Notes under the pieces: model-generated | Databases searched by the model: none | The model's input: the letters and a program-made list of their open reading frames with translations, nothing else | Told to the model about the DNA's origin: nothing | Source: Acidimicrobiia bacterium | GTDB lineage: Bacteria; Actinomycetota; Acidimicrobiia; Spongiisociales; UBA11373 | NCBI GenBank assembly: GCA_040878325.1 | Contig: JBBDMM010000011.1 | Location: forward strand, 1-64,000 | Reading direction: 5' to 3' | Length of the DNA stretch: 64,000 nucleotides | Made by a program: the position numbers and the translations under genes | Shown here: positions 56,303-64,000 of the stretch, one piece after another | Layout: the number at the start of each line of letters is the position of its first letter | Position numbering within the stretch: position 1 is the first letter of the stretch

Positions 56303-57786
56303 GGGCGGTCTCCCGCCAGGCGCCCCAGACCCGCCCAGCCGGCAATGCGCCGGACGGTGGCCGGGTCATAGCGCCACAACGCCACCACATATGCGACCGA
56401 TCCGGCCACTGCCGCCGCGGCGAGCGAGGCCAGGTTCCCGGCTCCGGCGGTGAGCCACATCGCGGGAAGAGCGGCGAGTGCCAGCCAGATGCCGGCACCG
56501 ACTGACGGCGCCATCTGCCGCCAAATGTCGCCGAAGGTGGTACCCACCATTCGGTTGGCGACTGCGAGCCGAACCACCGTGTCCAATGCCGCCACCCCGG
56601 CATGCGCCCAGGCCACTCCGACGATGCCATATCGCGCCCCGAACATCAGGGCGGGGATCAGCACCACTAGTTCGAGGCCGGCCAGTTTGGCGAGAATGCC
56701 GGGCCTCCCCAGGGCCTTGTACACGTCGCCGGCGTTCACCCCAATCGACCCGAGGAGAGAGAACACGCACATCACCTGGAGCACCGGGATGGCTTGATTC
56801 CATTGCTCACCAAATAGAGCCCTTACGGCCGGTTCGGCGGTGATGAACAGGCCAACGCACATCGGCACCACCAGCACCTGGGTGTATTTGATGGTGGCGA
56901 GGAACCCCCGCCGGAGCAATGCCGGCTGATCCTGCAGCTTCGAAAACAGCGGGAAGATCGCCCCGCCCAGCACCCGCCATACCGACTGGATGAGGAGCTC
57001 GGGCAGCCGGTAGGCGAGGGTGTAGACGCCGAGGGCGACATCGCCGAGCAGGCGACCCACGACGAGGTAGTCCAGGTTCGACCAGATGGCGAACTGGATG
57101 TCGGTGACGATGAGGGGCCCGCCGAAACGCGCCAGAGGACGCACCAGGCGGCGGTGGATCCGCACTCGCGGCCTCCACGGGAACACCGTCCAGGCGAGGA
57201 TCACGGATGTGACGACGCCGGCGAGTTGGCCCCAGACCAGCGCCCAGACACCGAAGCCGGCGGCGGCGGCGGCGATGGAGACGGCGCCTTTGACGACGGA
57301 CCGGCCTACGTCCGGGATCAGCTTCCGCTTGAAGTCCATGTTCTTGCGGAGGAGGACCAGCTGCACCGAGCCGAGCGCCTCGAGCACGAAGGTGAGGGAC
57401 AGCACCCGCAGCAGGGGCACGACCAGCGGCTCACGGAAGAAGTCGGCCACCAGGGGGGCGCCAAGGAAGCAGAGGGCGGTGAGCAGGGCCCCGGTGATCA
57501 GGTTGAACGCAAACACCGTCTCTGCGGATTCGTCGATGTCGTCCTTGCGCTGGATCAGTGCGCCGCCGAGACCGAGGTCCTTCAGCACGGCCAGGTACGC
57601 CACGGCCACGGTGGCGAAGCCCACCACACCAAAGTCTTCCGGCGTCAAGAGCCGGGCGAGAATCGCCATCGTGACGAGCACGAGCATCTTCCCGGCGGCG
57701 AAAGAGACGTAGTTCCAGATGACGGCGCGAGCCGCCGCCGTGCCCAGTACGGCTTCGTCGGCGGTGCGGTCTTCGGTCAGCGCCAT
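56299..57786 (-). CDS. Wzx polysaccharide flippase (WzxC-like)
   Basis: LARLLTPEDFG, DLGLGGALIQ, GFGVWALVWGQL, LGVYTLAY. Confidence 0.92.
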   Translation of the reverse strand: MALTEDRTADEAVLGTAAARAVIWNYVSFAAGKMLVLVTMAILARLLTPEDFGVVGFATVAVAYLAVLKDLGLGGALIQRKDDIDESAETVFAFNLITGALLTALCFLGAPLVADFFREPLVVPLLRVLSLTFVLEALGSVQLVLLRKNMDFKRKLIPDVGRSVVKGAVSIAAAAAGFGVWALVWGQLAGVVTSVILAWTVFPWRPRVRIHRRLVRPLARFGGPLIVTDIQFAIWSNLDYLVVGRLLGDVALGVYTLAYRLPELLIQSVWRVLGGAIFPLFSKLQDQPALLRRGFLATIKYTQVLVVPMCVGLFITAEPAVRALFGEQWNQAIPVLQVMCVFSLLGSIGVNAGDVYKALGRPGILAKLAGLELVVLIPALMFGARYGIVGVAWAHAGVAALDTVVRLAVANRMVGTTFGDIWRQMAPSVGAGIWLALAALPAMWLTAGAGNLASLAAAAVAGSVAYVVALWRYDPATVRRIAGWAGLGRLAGDRP

Positions 57787-59246
57787 GCCGCCTCCTGGAC
57801 TGCAGCGTCGCGGGATTCGTCCTCGGCTCTCGCCACCGACGGGAACGCCAGGGCGATACCGATTACGAGCCATGCAAGGCGCGCAAACGCCATGTGCAGG
57901 AACACGGAGGTGACGAGGTACCCGACCAGCGACACCGCGACGGCGAATCCGATGCCATCGGAGCGCAGGTCGGCCATCCGTCTGAAGCGGCGTCGCCCCG
58001 CAGCGAGGGCAGTGAAGGATGCGACGACCAGTCCGGTGAGCGCGACGAGGCCGACGAGGCCGGTCTCGGCGGCAGTCTCCAGGTACAGGTTGTGGGCCTC
58101 GCGGGGTGTGTCGCGCACGTCGATGCCGAGGTCGTCGGAGTACGCGGGATACTCGGCCGCGAAGTTGCCGAAGCCCACCCCGGTGAGGGGGCGATCCCAG
58201 AACATGGCCATGGCAGCCCCCAACTCGGCGGTACGCCCCCGGAGGGACGGGTCGATCCCGGCCTCGACCTCGCCGACCTCGGTGAGCGAGGTGAGCCGTT
58301 CGGCGTAGCCCGACGGCATCAACGGCAGCGCCGCGACCAGCAGCAGCCCGGCTGCTGCCACCGTTCGAAGGCGCGGCGGATGCCGAACGACCATGAAGGC
58401 CATCACGATGGCCAGTGCGAGCAGCCCCCCTCGCGAGAACGTGAGCACCACGGTCACCGCCATCGCGACCACGGCGTAGCCGGCGATCGAGCGGAGAAGG
58501 CCCGATATTTCGTCGCGCATTCGGTCGAAGGCGAGCGGGATGATCATCACCAGCAGTTGGGCATAGAAGTTGGGGTCGCCCACCGGCCCCGAGATTCGGA
58601 CGTCATCCGTCCCCTCGAAGATGTTCTGTACGGCCGACTGGGCGAAGCCGCCAAAGGTGGATCCGAAGGATCCGGTGGCGAACTGGAAGATCGAGAGGGT
58701 GGCCAGCAGCGCGCCGCCCCCGACGAGTGCCCACACCAGGCGATGAAGGTCGGTCGCCCCGCGCAGCAGCATGCCGGCGAGGACCGCCACCGCGCCGTCT
58801 TCGAAGAGGGTGCGGACGGCTCCGGTTCCGTCGCCGGAGTCGCCGGAAATGAGCAGCGAGCCGATGGCGATCGCCCCGTAGGCCGCGACGAGCAGCAACG
58901 CCCGCCCGCCGCCCACCGGCCACTCAGCGGTTGCCCGGCCTCGCAGTATCAGGCCGAGGAGCACGATTGCCACAAGTGGGGCGAAGGTGGGTGGAGCTCC
59001 GTGGAAGTTGGTGGCGACATCGGCAAGGCGCAGCACTGCGAAGGCCGCCACCGCGATGAGGCCCCATTGGGGATCGAGGACTATTGCAGCCGCACCGGCG
59101 ATGGCGAGCAGCCCGGCGAGAACCAGAATCGGGGGCAGCACGCCCATGGCGGCGACCCCGGCGGCAACGATGAGGATCACCAGACCGGCGAACCCCCAGA
59201 TGCCGCCGCGGCTCGCCCTCCGGCCCCGAGGGGCGGCGAGGGTCAT
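57777..59246 (-). CDS. O-antigen ligase / Wzy-type polymerase family protein
   Basis: GDPNFYA, LTFSRGG, GVGFGNF, AHNLYLE; many TM segments. Confidence 0.9.
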   Translation of the reverse strand: MTLAAPRGRRASRGGIWGFAGLVILIVAAGVAAMGVLPPILVLAGLLAIAGAAAIVLDPQWGLIAVAAFAVLRLADVATNFHGAPPTFAPLVAIVLLGLILRGRATAEWPVGGGRALLLVAAYGAIAIGSLLISGDSGDGTGAVRTLFEDGAVAVLAGMLLRGATDLHRLVWALVGGGALLATLSIFQFATGSFGSTFGGFAQSAVQNIFEGTDDVRISGPVGDPNFYAQLLVMIIPLAFDRMRDEISGLLRSIAGYAVVAMAVTVVLTFSRGGLLALAIVMAFMVVRHPPRLRTVAAAGLLLVAALPLMPSGYAERLTSLTEVGEVEAGIDPSLRGRTAELGAAMAMFWDRPLTGVGFGNFAAEYPAYSDDLGIDVRDTPREAHNLYLETAAETGLVGLVALTGLVVASFTALAAGRRRFRRMADLRSDGIGFAVAVSLVGYLVTSVFLHMAFARLAWLVIGIALAFPSVARAEDESRDAAVQEAAWR

Positions 59247-59923
59247 CCGACCCTCTGGTACCGGTCGTGCTCTCTGATCGGAGTGACATTCCCATACGCA
59301 CCGAGCCGGCCGTGCATGGTCGAGTGGCGCCGGCCGGGCTCGGGATCACGGAGCAGGGCGATCGCCGATCCGACGAGGAGGCCGAGTATGGCCGCCATGC
59401 CGCCGAGTTCGATCAGCCCGCGGTTGGAGGGGGAGGTGGGCAGTACGGCCGGATCGAGCACGTCGGCGTCGTAGATCCGGTAGAACGCCACGAACCGGGC
59501 GACGGCGGCATCGCCGACCGCGCCGGACAGTTGGACTGTCACCACCGGGTCCGGGCCGCGGACGGTGGTGGCGATCAGGTTGGCTTCGGGGAGCACCACG
59601 CCGCCGATCTCATAACCCTCCAAAGAGGCCAGGTCGAGGCCAGCGGCGGCAGCAGCCTCGGCGCGAACGGATTCACTCTGCACGATCTCCACGAGGGTGG
59701 TCATGATCGACCGGCTGCGGGTCGAGTCGAGGGTCTTGACGCTCTCGGCCACGTCGACGTCATCCGGGGCGCTGTACGGGAAGACCACATAGGTCGCCCG
59801 GGCTTCGTAGACCGGGGAGGAATTGGTGTAGATGAAGGCAGCCGCCCCGAGCGCGATCAGCAGACCCAGGGCCGGGTAGTACCAGCCGAGGGCGATCGAG
59901 CGGAGGGCGCTTCGGAAGTCCAT
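59243..59923 (-). CDS. Wzz/CapA(YveK)-like polysaccharide co-polymerase
   Basis: Two TM segments; PVYEARAT, VLDPAVLPTSP. Confidence 0.8.
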   Translation of the reverse strand: MDFRSALRSIALGWYYPALGLLIALGAAAFIYTNSSPVYEARATYVVFPYSAPDDVDVAESVKTLDSTRSRSIMTTLVEIVQSESVRAEAAAAAGLDLASLEGYEIGGVVLPEANLIATTVRGPDPVVTVQLSGAVGDAAVARFVAFYRIYDADVLDPAVLPTSPSNRGLIELGGMAAILGLLVGSAIALLRDPEPGRRHSTMHGRLGAYGNVTPIREHDRYQRVG

Positions 59924-60616
59924 TTACTTGGCGCCTCGCTGGGTGAGCACGGCCGGAATGGTGCGGAACACGATCTGCAAGTCGAACCAGATGCTCCGGC
60001 GCTGCACGTACGCGATATCGAGCCTGGTGCGGTCGTCGAACTCGGAGAGCCCGCGCCCGTAGATCTGCCACAGGCCGGTGATACCCGGCTTGACGTCGAG
60101 CCGCTCCGTTTGCCAGAGGCGGTACGTGTCAGCCATGAAGTCGGTGGGCCGTGGCCCGACGAGGCTGAGACGCCCCATCAGCACGTCCCACAACTGGGGA
60201 AGCTCGTCGAGGCTGGTCTTGCGGAGGAAGCCGCCCGGACGGGTGATGCGCGGATCATTGGTGATCTTGAAGTCGGGCCATTCGAGCTCATTGAGGTGGC
60301 GAAGCTCCCACTTCATCTCTTCGGCGTCGGGGACCATCGTCCGAAACTTGTGCATGACGATGGTCTTGCCCCCGATTCCGGTGCGTCGCTGGGTGAACAA
60401 CACCGGTGCGCTGGGATCGTCGATCTTGATGGCGAGCGCGCACATCCCCCACGCCACCACCCACAGCGGCATCGCAAGAATCACGAGAACGACGTCGAGC
60501 AATCGCTTGGCGATGGCATAGGCGTCGCCGGTGAGCATCCGGTGCTCGGGTCGCATCCGGTCGATCCATTCATAGCCGGACCAGAGGGCCGGCCGCGGAG
60601 TGGGGATGGCGGTCAT
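59924..60616 (-). CDS. Priming sugar transferase (bacterial sugar transferase family)
   Basis: KRLLD, KFRTM, DPRIT, SLDELPQL, SLVGPRP, KPGITGLWQ. Confidence 0.95.
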   Translation of the reverse strand: MTAIPTPRPALWSGYEWIDRMRPEHRMLTGDAYAIAKRLLDVVLVILAMPLWVVAWGMCALAIKIDDPSAPVLFTQRRTGIGGKTIVMHKFRTMVPDAEEMKWELRHLNELEWPDFKITNDPRITRPGGFLRKTSLDELPQLWDVLMGRLSLVGPRPTDFMADTYRLWQTERLDVKPGITGLWQIYGRGLSEFDDRTRLDIAYVQRRSIWFDLQIVFRTIPAVLTQRGAK

Positions 60617-61476
60617 CGGCTTGCCACCTCATTGACGGCGCGCAACAGCGGCTCGTGCCTTTGGCCGGCAGCGAGAACGCGCTCGGCGTGCTCGACGAGG
60701 CCCTCGAACGCGATCCCGTCGTCGGGAAAGGCCGCGGTACCGGCGTGGGCGGGTACGCCTACCCGGGCGGCCGCTTCGACCACCCGGCGCACGAGCAGCT
60801 CGGCACCGGTTTGGTCCGTCTCGGGACTCAAGATGAACAGCTGCCCCGAAGTCCGATGCTCGAAGAGCAGATCGGAACGTCGTAGCTGATCGCCGACCGC
60901 CCGAGCCAGGCGGCCGAGGACGAAGCGGTTGCGCACTGCCCGATCCATGTCACCGGAGGCCTGGTCGATCGCACGGGCGAGGGACCGCTCTTCCGCTACG
61001 AGCACGGTGAGGGTCATCGGCCGGCCGTGGCGGCGGCTTCGAGCCAGCTCGGCGTGGATCTCCGCCGCGGCCTTGGGTGACTCGATGTCGATCGCCGGCG
61101 ACTCTCCGAAGGCGACCGCGCCGAGGGTTTCGTCCAGCTCGGCGAGAATCGTCCCGACACGCTGGCCCAGCCACGAGGCCAGGGCGAGGAATGCAACTTC
61201 GGTGACCATTACATAGACATCGCCATCAACGGATCGAAACCGGGTGATCGTCCCGCCGAAGAGGAGGTGGATCCCTACGGCGAATGCGGGAACCAACCAG
61301 GGTCGGGCGCGCCGGAGTCCGGCGAACACGAGGGGGGCGGTGACCGCCAGCGCAGCCAGGGCATACACATGCGACGCGATGGCGTCCGAGCCGCGACTGA
61401 GCCCGGCGCGGTCGACCGCGATCGCCGCGGTGAAGAGCAGGACGAGGCCGGCCAATGGCCGACGAAGCCGGATCAA
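60613..61476 (-). CDS. Membrane protein with degenerate GGDEF domain retaining RxxD
   Basis: Four N-terminal TM segments; ELARSRRHGRP, LRRSDLL, FILSPET, AAFPDDG; AAGGAGG RBS with TTG start. Confidence 0.8.
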   Translation of the reverse strand: MIRLRRPLAGLVLLFTAAIAVDRAGLSRGSDAIASHVYALAALAVTAPLVFAGLRRARPWLVPAFAVGIHLLFGGTITRFRSVDGDVYVMVTEVAFLALASWLGQRVGTILAELDETLGAVAFGESPAIDIESPKAAAEIHAELARSRRHGRPMTLTVLVAEERSLARAIDQASGDMDRAVRNRFVLGRLARAVGDQLRRSDLLFEHRTSGQLFILSPETDQTGAELLVRRVVEAAARVGVPAHAGTAAFPDDGIAFEGLVEHAERVLAAGQRHEPLLRAVNEVASR

Positions 61477-61540
61477 CAGATGCCTCCTTGGGCGGTCATG
61501 GGGCCAAACTCCGCTCCCGAGCCGGAGTGGTCAGCGCGCC

Positions 61541-61592
61541 ACGCTGAGTAGCAACATACGCCTTTTGGGCTCCGAAATCAATACTCTGAGTA
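61541..61592 (-). promoter_or_regulatory. Sigma70-type promoter of the EPS operon flanked by two ACNCWGNGT boxes
   Basis: -35 TTGATT (61581-61576), 17-bp spacer, -10 TATGTT (61558-61553); boxes at 61541-61549 and 61583-61591. Confidence 0.6.
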
Positions 61593-61657
61593 GTTACGGC
61601 CCCACCTCTTGTCGAATGACGATTTCGGCCGGTTGTGGCAGGGGCTTGATGAAATTG

Positions 61658-61751
61658 GCGATACGCAATCCGACAAAAGGGGACCAGCCTCTGACGCGTT
61701 CGTTCTCGTATCGCGGATTTTCGAATCGCGTATCGCGAATTGCGTATCGCG
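61658..61751. repeat. Heptamer array (WATYGCG x4) with an upstream 12-bp inverted copy
   Basis: Array at 61724-61751; GCGATACGCAAT (61658-61669) is complementary to 61739-61750. Confidence 0.75.
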
Positions 61752-61820
61752 CTTGTTGCCCAGCAAGGCTCGCCCCAGCCCCCCACTACCCTCTCCCCAC
61801 CCCACTACTCGGCAGGCAAC

Positions 61821-62534
61821 ATGGAGGACATTCGCAGCCTCGAGGATCTCCTCGATCTTCAGGCGGTCGACTCTGAGATCGACCGCCTGCTCGAACAGCG
61901 GGGGAGTCTCCCCCTCCTCGACGAGTACCGGGCCGCCAACACGCTTTCGAAGCGCCTCGCTGCCGACATCGCCGGGCGGTCCTCCCACTTGCGCGAGGTC
62001 GACCTCGCCGAGGACAAGATCGAAGGGGAGATGCGGATCGACGAGGTGAAGCTCGAGCGGGAGGAGCGGCGGCTCTACGCCGGAGGGCTGAGCGCTCGGG
62101 ACGCCGGCCACCTGCGAGACGAAGTCGCCATGCTGCGCACCCGGATTTCGACGCGGGAAGATGAGGCTCTCGCCCTGATCGATCAGCGGGAGGGGCTGCA
62201 GGCCGAAATCGACGCGCTCGAGGAGCGCCGCCGTGGTGTCGTGGAGACCGAGAACCGGCTCGAGGGAGAGATCCAGCGGGAATGGGCCCGGATCGACGAG
62301 AACGTGATCCGCCTTCGTGAGAAGCGGAGCGGAATCGTTCCGATGATCGACCCCGAGCTGGTCGAGCTATACGAGGAGATCCGGCCCTCCAAAGAGGGGG
62401 TGGCGGCGGCTGCCCTGGTCGATGGAGTGTGCGGTGCTTGCCACCTGCGCTTGTCGGCCGCCGAACGATCCCAGGCGCTCAAGGGCCACCCGCCGCGCTG
62501 TGTCCATTGCCGCCGGATACTGTCGCCACGGTGA
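61821..62534 (+). CDS. Coiled-coil protein with C4-type zinc ribbon (Rv2229c-like)
   Basis: LLDLQAVDSEI; long coiled coil; CGAC...CVHCRRIL. Confidence 0.9.
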   Translation: MEDIRSLEDLLDLQAVDSEIDRLLEQRGSLPLLDEYRAANTLSKRLAADIAGRSSHLREVDLAEDKIEGEMRIDEVKLEREERRLYAGGLSARDAGHLRDEVAMLRTRISTREDEALALIDQREGLQAEIDALEERRRGVVETENRLEGEIQREWARIDENVIRLREKRSGIVPMIDPELVELYEEIRPSKEGVAAAALVDGVCGACHLRLSAAERSQALKGHPPRCVHCRRILSPR

Positions 62535-62932
62535 GCCATGTCCTCTACTGCGATGGCGCATCGCGCGGCAATCCCGGTCCTGCCGCGATCGGCTTCGTCC
62601 TCCTCGACCCCACCGGCGGCACGGTGATCGAGATGGGGTCGATGATCGGCATCGCCACCAACAATGTGGCGGAGTACCAGGCGTTGATCACCGGCCTAGA
62701 GGCGGCCCGCACCAAGGGCGTGGACGACCTCGCGGTACGACTGGACAGTCTGCTGCTCGTGCGCCAGGTGAACGGCGAGTTTCGTGTCAAGGCCGAGAAT
62801 CTCAAGCCGCTCCACCGTCGGGCGGTGGGCCTGCTGCGAGAGTTCGCCCGGGTCGAGGTGGCTCATGTCCGCCGGCACTTGAACAGCCGGGCCGATGCGC
62901 TGGCGAACGCCGCCTACGACGAGGGAGGCTGA
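62531..62932 (+). CDS. rnhA: Ribonuclease HI family protein
   Basis: YCDGASRGNPGPA, TNNVAEY, DSLLLVRQVNG, N.RADALAN. Confidence 0.9.
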   Translation: MSHVLYCDGASRGNPGPAAIGFVLLDPTGGTVIEMGSMIGIATNNVAEYQALITGLEAARTKGVDDLAVRLDSLLLVRQVNGEFRVKAENLKPLHRRAVGLLREFARVEVAHVRRHLNSRADALANAAYDEGG

Positions 62933-62934
62933 CG

Positions 62935-63471
62935 GTGCTGCTGTGGCATCTCGGCATGACGACACTCGCTGCGCGCTATGTGTTTCGAGATCCCAACATG
63001 GACCTGAGGTGGTTGGCGCTCGGGGCGCTCCTCCCGGACATCGTCGACAAGCCGATCGGCGCGATCTTCTGGAACGACGTGTTCCACAACCACCGGGTGT
63101 ATGCCCACTCCTTGTTGCTTCCGGTGCTCGCCCTGGCGGGGGCCATGATCTTCACCCGACGGCGGTCGGTTTCCCGCAAGGCGGCGATCGTGGTGGTGCT
63201 GGGGTGGTTCCTTCACCTGATCCTCGATGGGGTCTGGGCGAGCCCCGGGGCTTTCCTGTGGCCGCTGTTCGGCTTCGACTTCCCGCGAGTCGCCGGCTCC
63301 GATTTCGGCACGCTCGTGGGCAACATGATCAGCAATCCCCTGGTCTGGCTCGGGGAGGTGGCTGGTGCGGCCTACTTGATCTACCTGTGGCGCAGTCACC
63401 TCGGTGAGCCAGGGGCGGTGGCCCGGTTCCTGCGCGACGGGAAGGTCACTCACTCCCTCAGGGTTCGGTGA
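62935..63471 (+). CDS. Membrane-bound metal-dependent hydrolase (YdjM-like)
   Basis: WHLG, GALLPDIVDKP, HSLL, HLILD. Confidence 0.85.
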   Translation: MLLWHLGMTTLAARYVFRDPNMDLRWLALGALLPDIVDKPIGAIFWNDVFHNHRVYAHSLLLPVLALAGAMIFTRRRSVSRKAAIVVVLGWFLHLILDGVWASPGAFLWPLFGFDFPRVAGSDFGTLVGNMISNPLVWLGEVAGAAYLIYLWRSHLGEPGAVARFLRDGKVTHSLRVR

Positions 63472-63859
63472 CCGGAGCCGCCGGCTCGTAGCCGGCCCGC
63501 CGGGTCTTCGCCAACATTCGGAGCGAGGCCAGGATCAGCAACACGGCGAACATCCTGCGCAGCAGCACGGCGTCGAGGGCGAGGGCGGTTCGCGCCCCGA
63601 AAAAGCCTCCGACCAGTGAGGCGAGGGCGAGCGGCACTACGAGATTCCAATCCACTCGCTTTGCCCGCCCGTGAACGAATCCCGCCACGATCATCGTCGG
63701 CACGATCACCGCGAGCGAAGTCCCCTGCGCCTCGTGCTGGGCGAACCCGAAAAGGGCAACCAGGGCGGGAACGTAGACGATTCCACCGCCGACGCCGAGG
63801 GCTGCCGACATCACTCCGGCGAGGAGCCCCACCACGATGAGAGCGATGATCGTGATCAT
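63458..63859 (-). CDS. Half-size TauE/SafE (TSUP) family transporter
   Basis: LGVGGGIVYVP, AQGTSL, VDW. Confidence 0.88.
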   Translation of the reverse strand: MITIIALIVVGLLAGVMSAALGVGGGIVYVPALVALFGFAQHEAQGTSLAVIVPTMIVAGFVHGRAKRVDWNLVVPLALASLVGGFFGARTALALDAVLLRRMFAVLLILASLRMLAKTRRAGYEPAAPVTEP

Positions 63860-64000
63860 ATGGCCATCCTGATGGCGGCGACGACCGTGAGGCTGAAGAA
63901 GGCCCGGGCCAGCCAGACGGGGCTCACCCGTGACACCAGAGTCGCCCCGGCAAACGCGCCGATCAGCGAACCGCACAAGATCCATCCGGCGGTGGTCCAG
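63856..64000 (-). CDS. C-terminal part of a second TauE/SafE family protein, runs off the window
   Basis: WTTAGWILCGSLIGAFAGATLVSRVSPVWLARAFF...MAI*; ATGA overlap with the next gene. Confidence 0.7.
   Translation of the reverse strand, partial: WTTAGWILCGSLIGAFAGATLVSRVSPVWLARAFFSLTVVAAIRMAI

Noticed and set aside
61821..62932. Zinc ribbon plus RNase HI pair as novel
   Set aside because: This is a known conserved actinobacterial arrangement (Rv2229c/Rv2228c-like)

Overview
High-GC chromosomal window, most likely from an actinobacterium (probably Acidimicrobiia-like; inferred from gene content such as a class E sortase, an Rv2229c-like zinc ribbon gene next to RNase HI, TypA and an LCP protein). 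It is a draft scaffold with a 10-N gap at 19295-19304. From left to right it holds: IS remnants beside a secreted S1 serine protease; three coupled small ORFs missing from the ORF track, one a Cys/His zinc-finger; typA with a DEAD-box helicase carrying a canonical RRM; TerC; a polyamine uptake/catabolism cluster; a REC-thioredoxin-reductase / cNMP histidine kinase / UBP zinc finger / MgtC operon; a cell-surface region (sortase with a divergent LPNNG substrate, RTX-repeat proteins, two paralogous lytic-transglycosylase-like proteins); hmgA; tRNA-Val(TAC); LCP; an atypical response regulator opposite a 39-aa histone-H1-like gene; galU, gdhA and a P450; and a Wzx/Wzy exopolysaccharide operon. That operon starts with a degenerate GGDEF membrane protein that keeps an RxxD site, and its promoter is bracketed by two BldD-like boxes, which suggests two-level c-di-GMP control. 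Several intergenic period-7 and period-6 tandem arrays also occur. No CRISPR array, rRNA or intact mobile element was seen. All product calls come from motif recognition by eye, not database searches.
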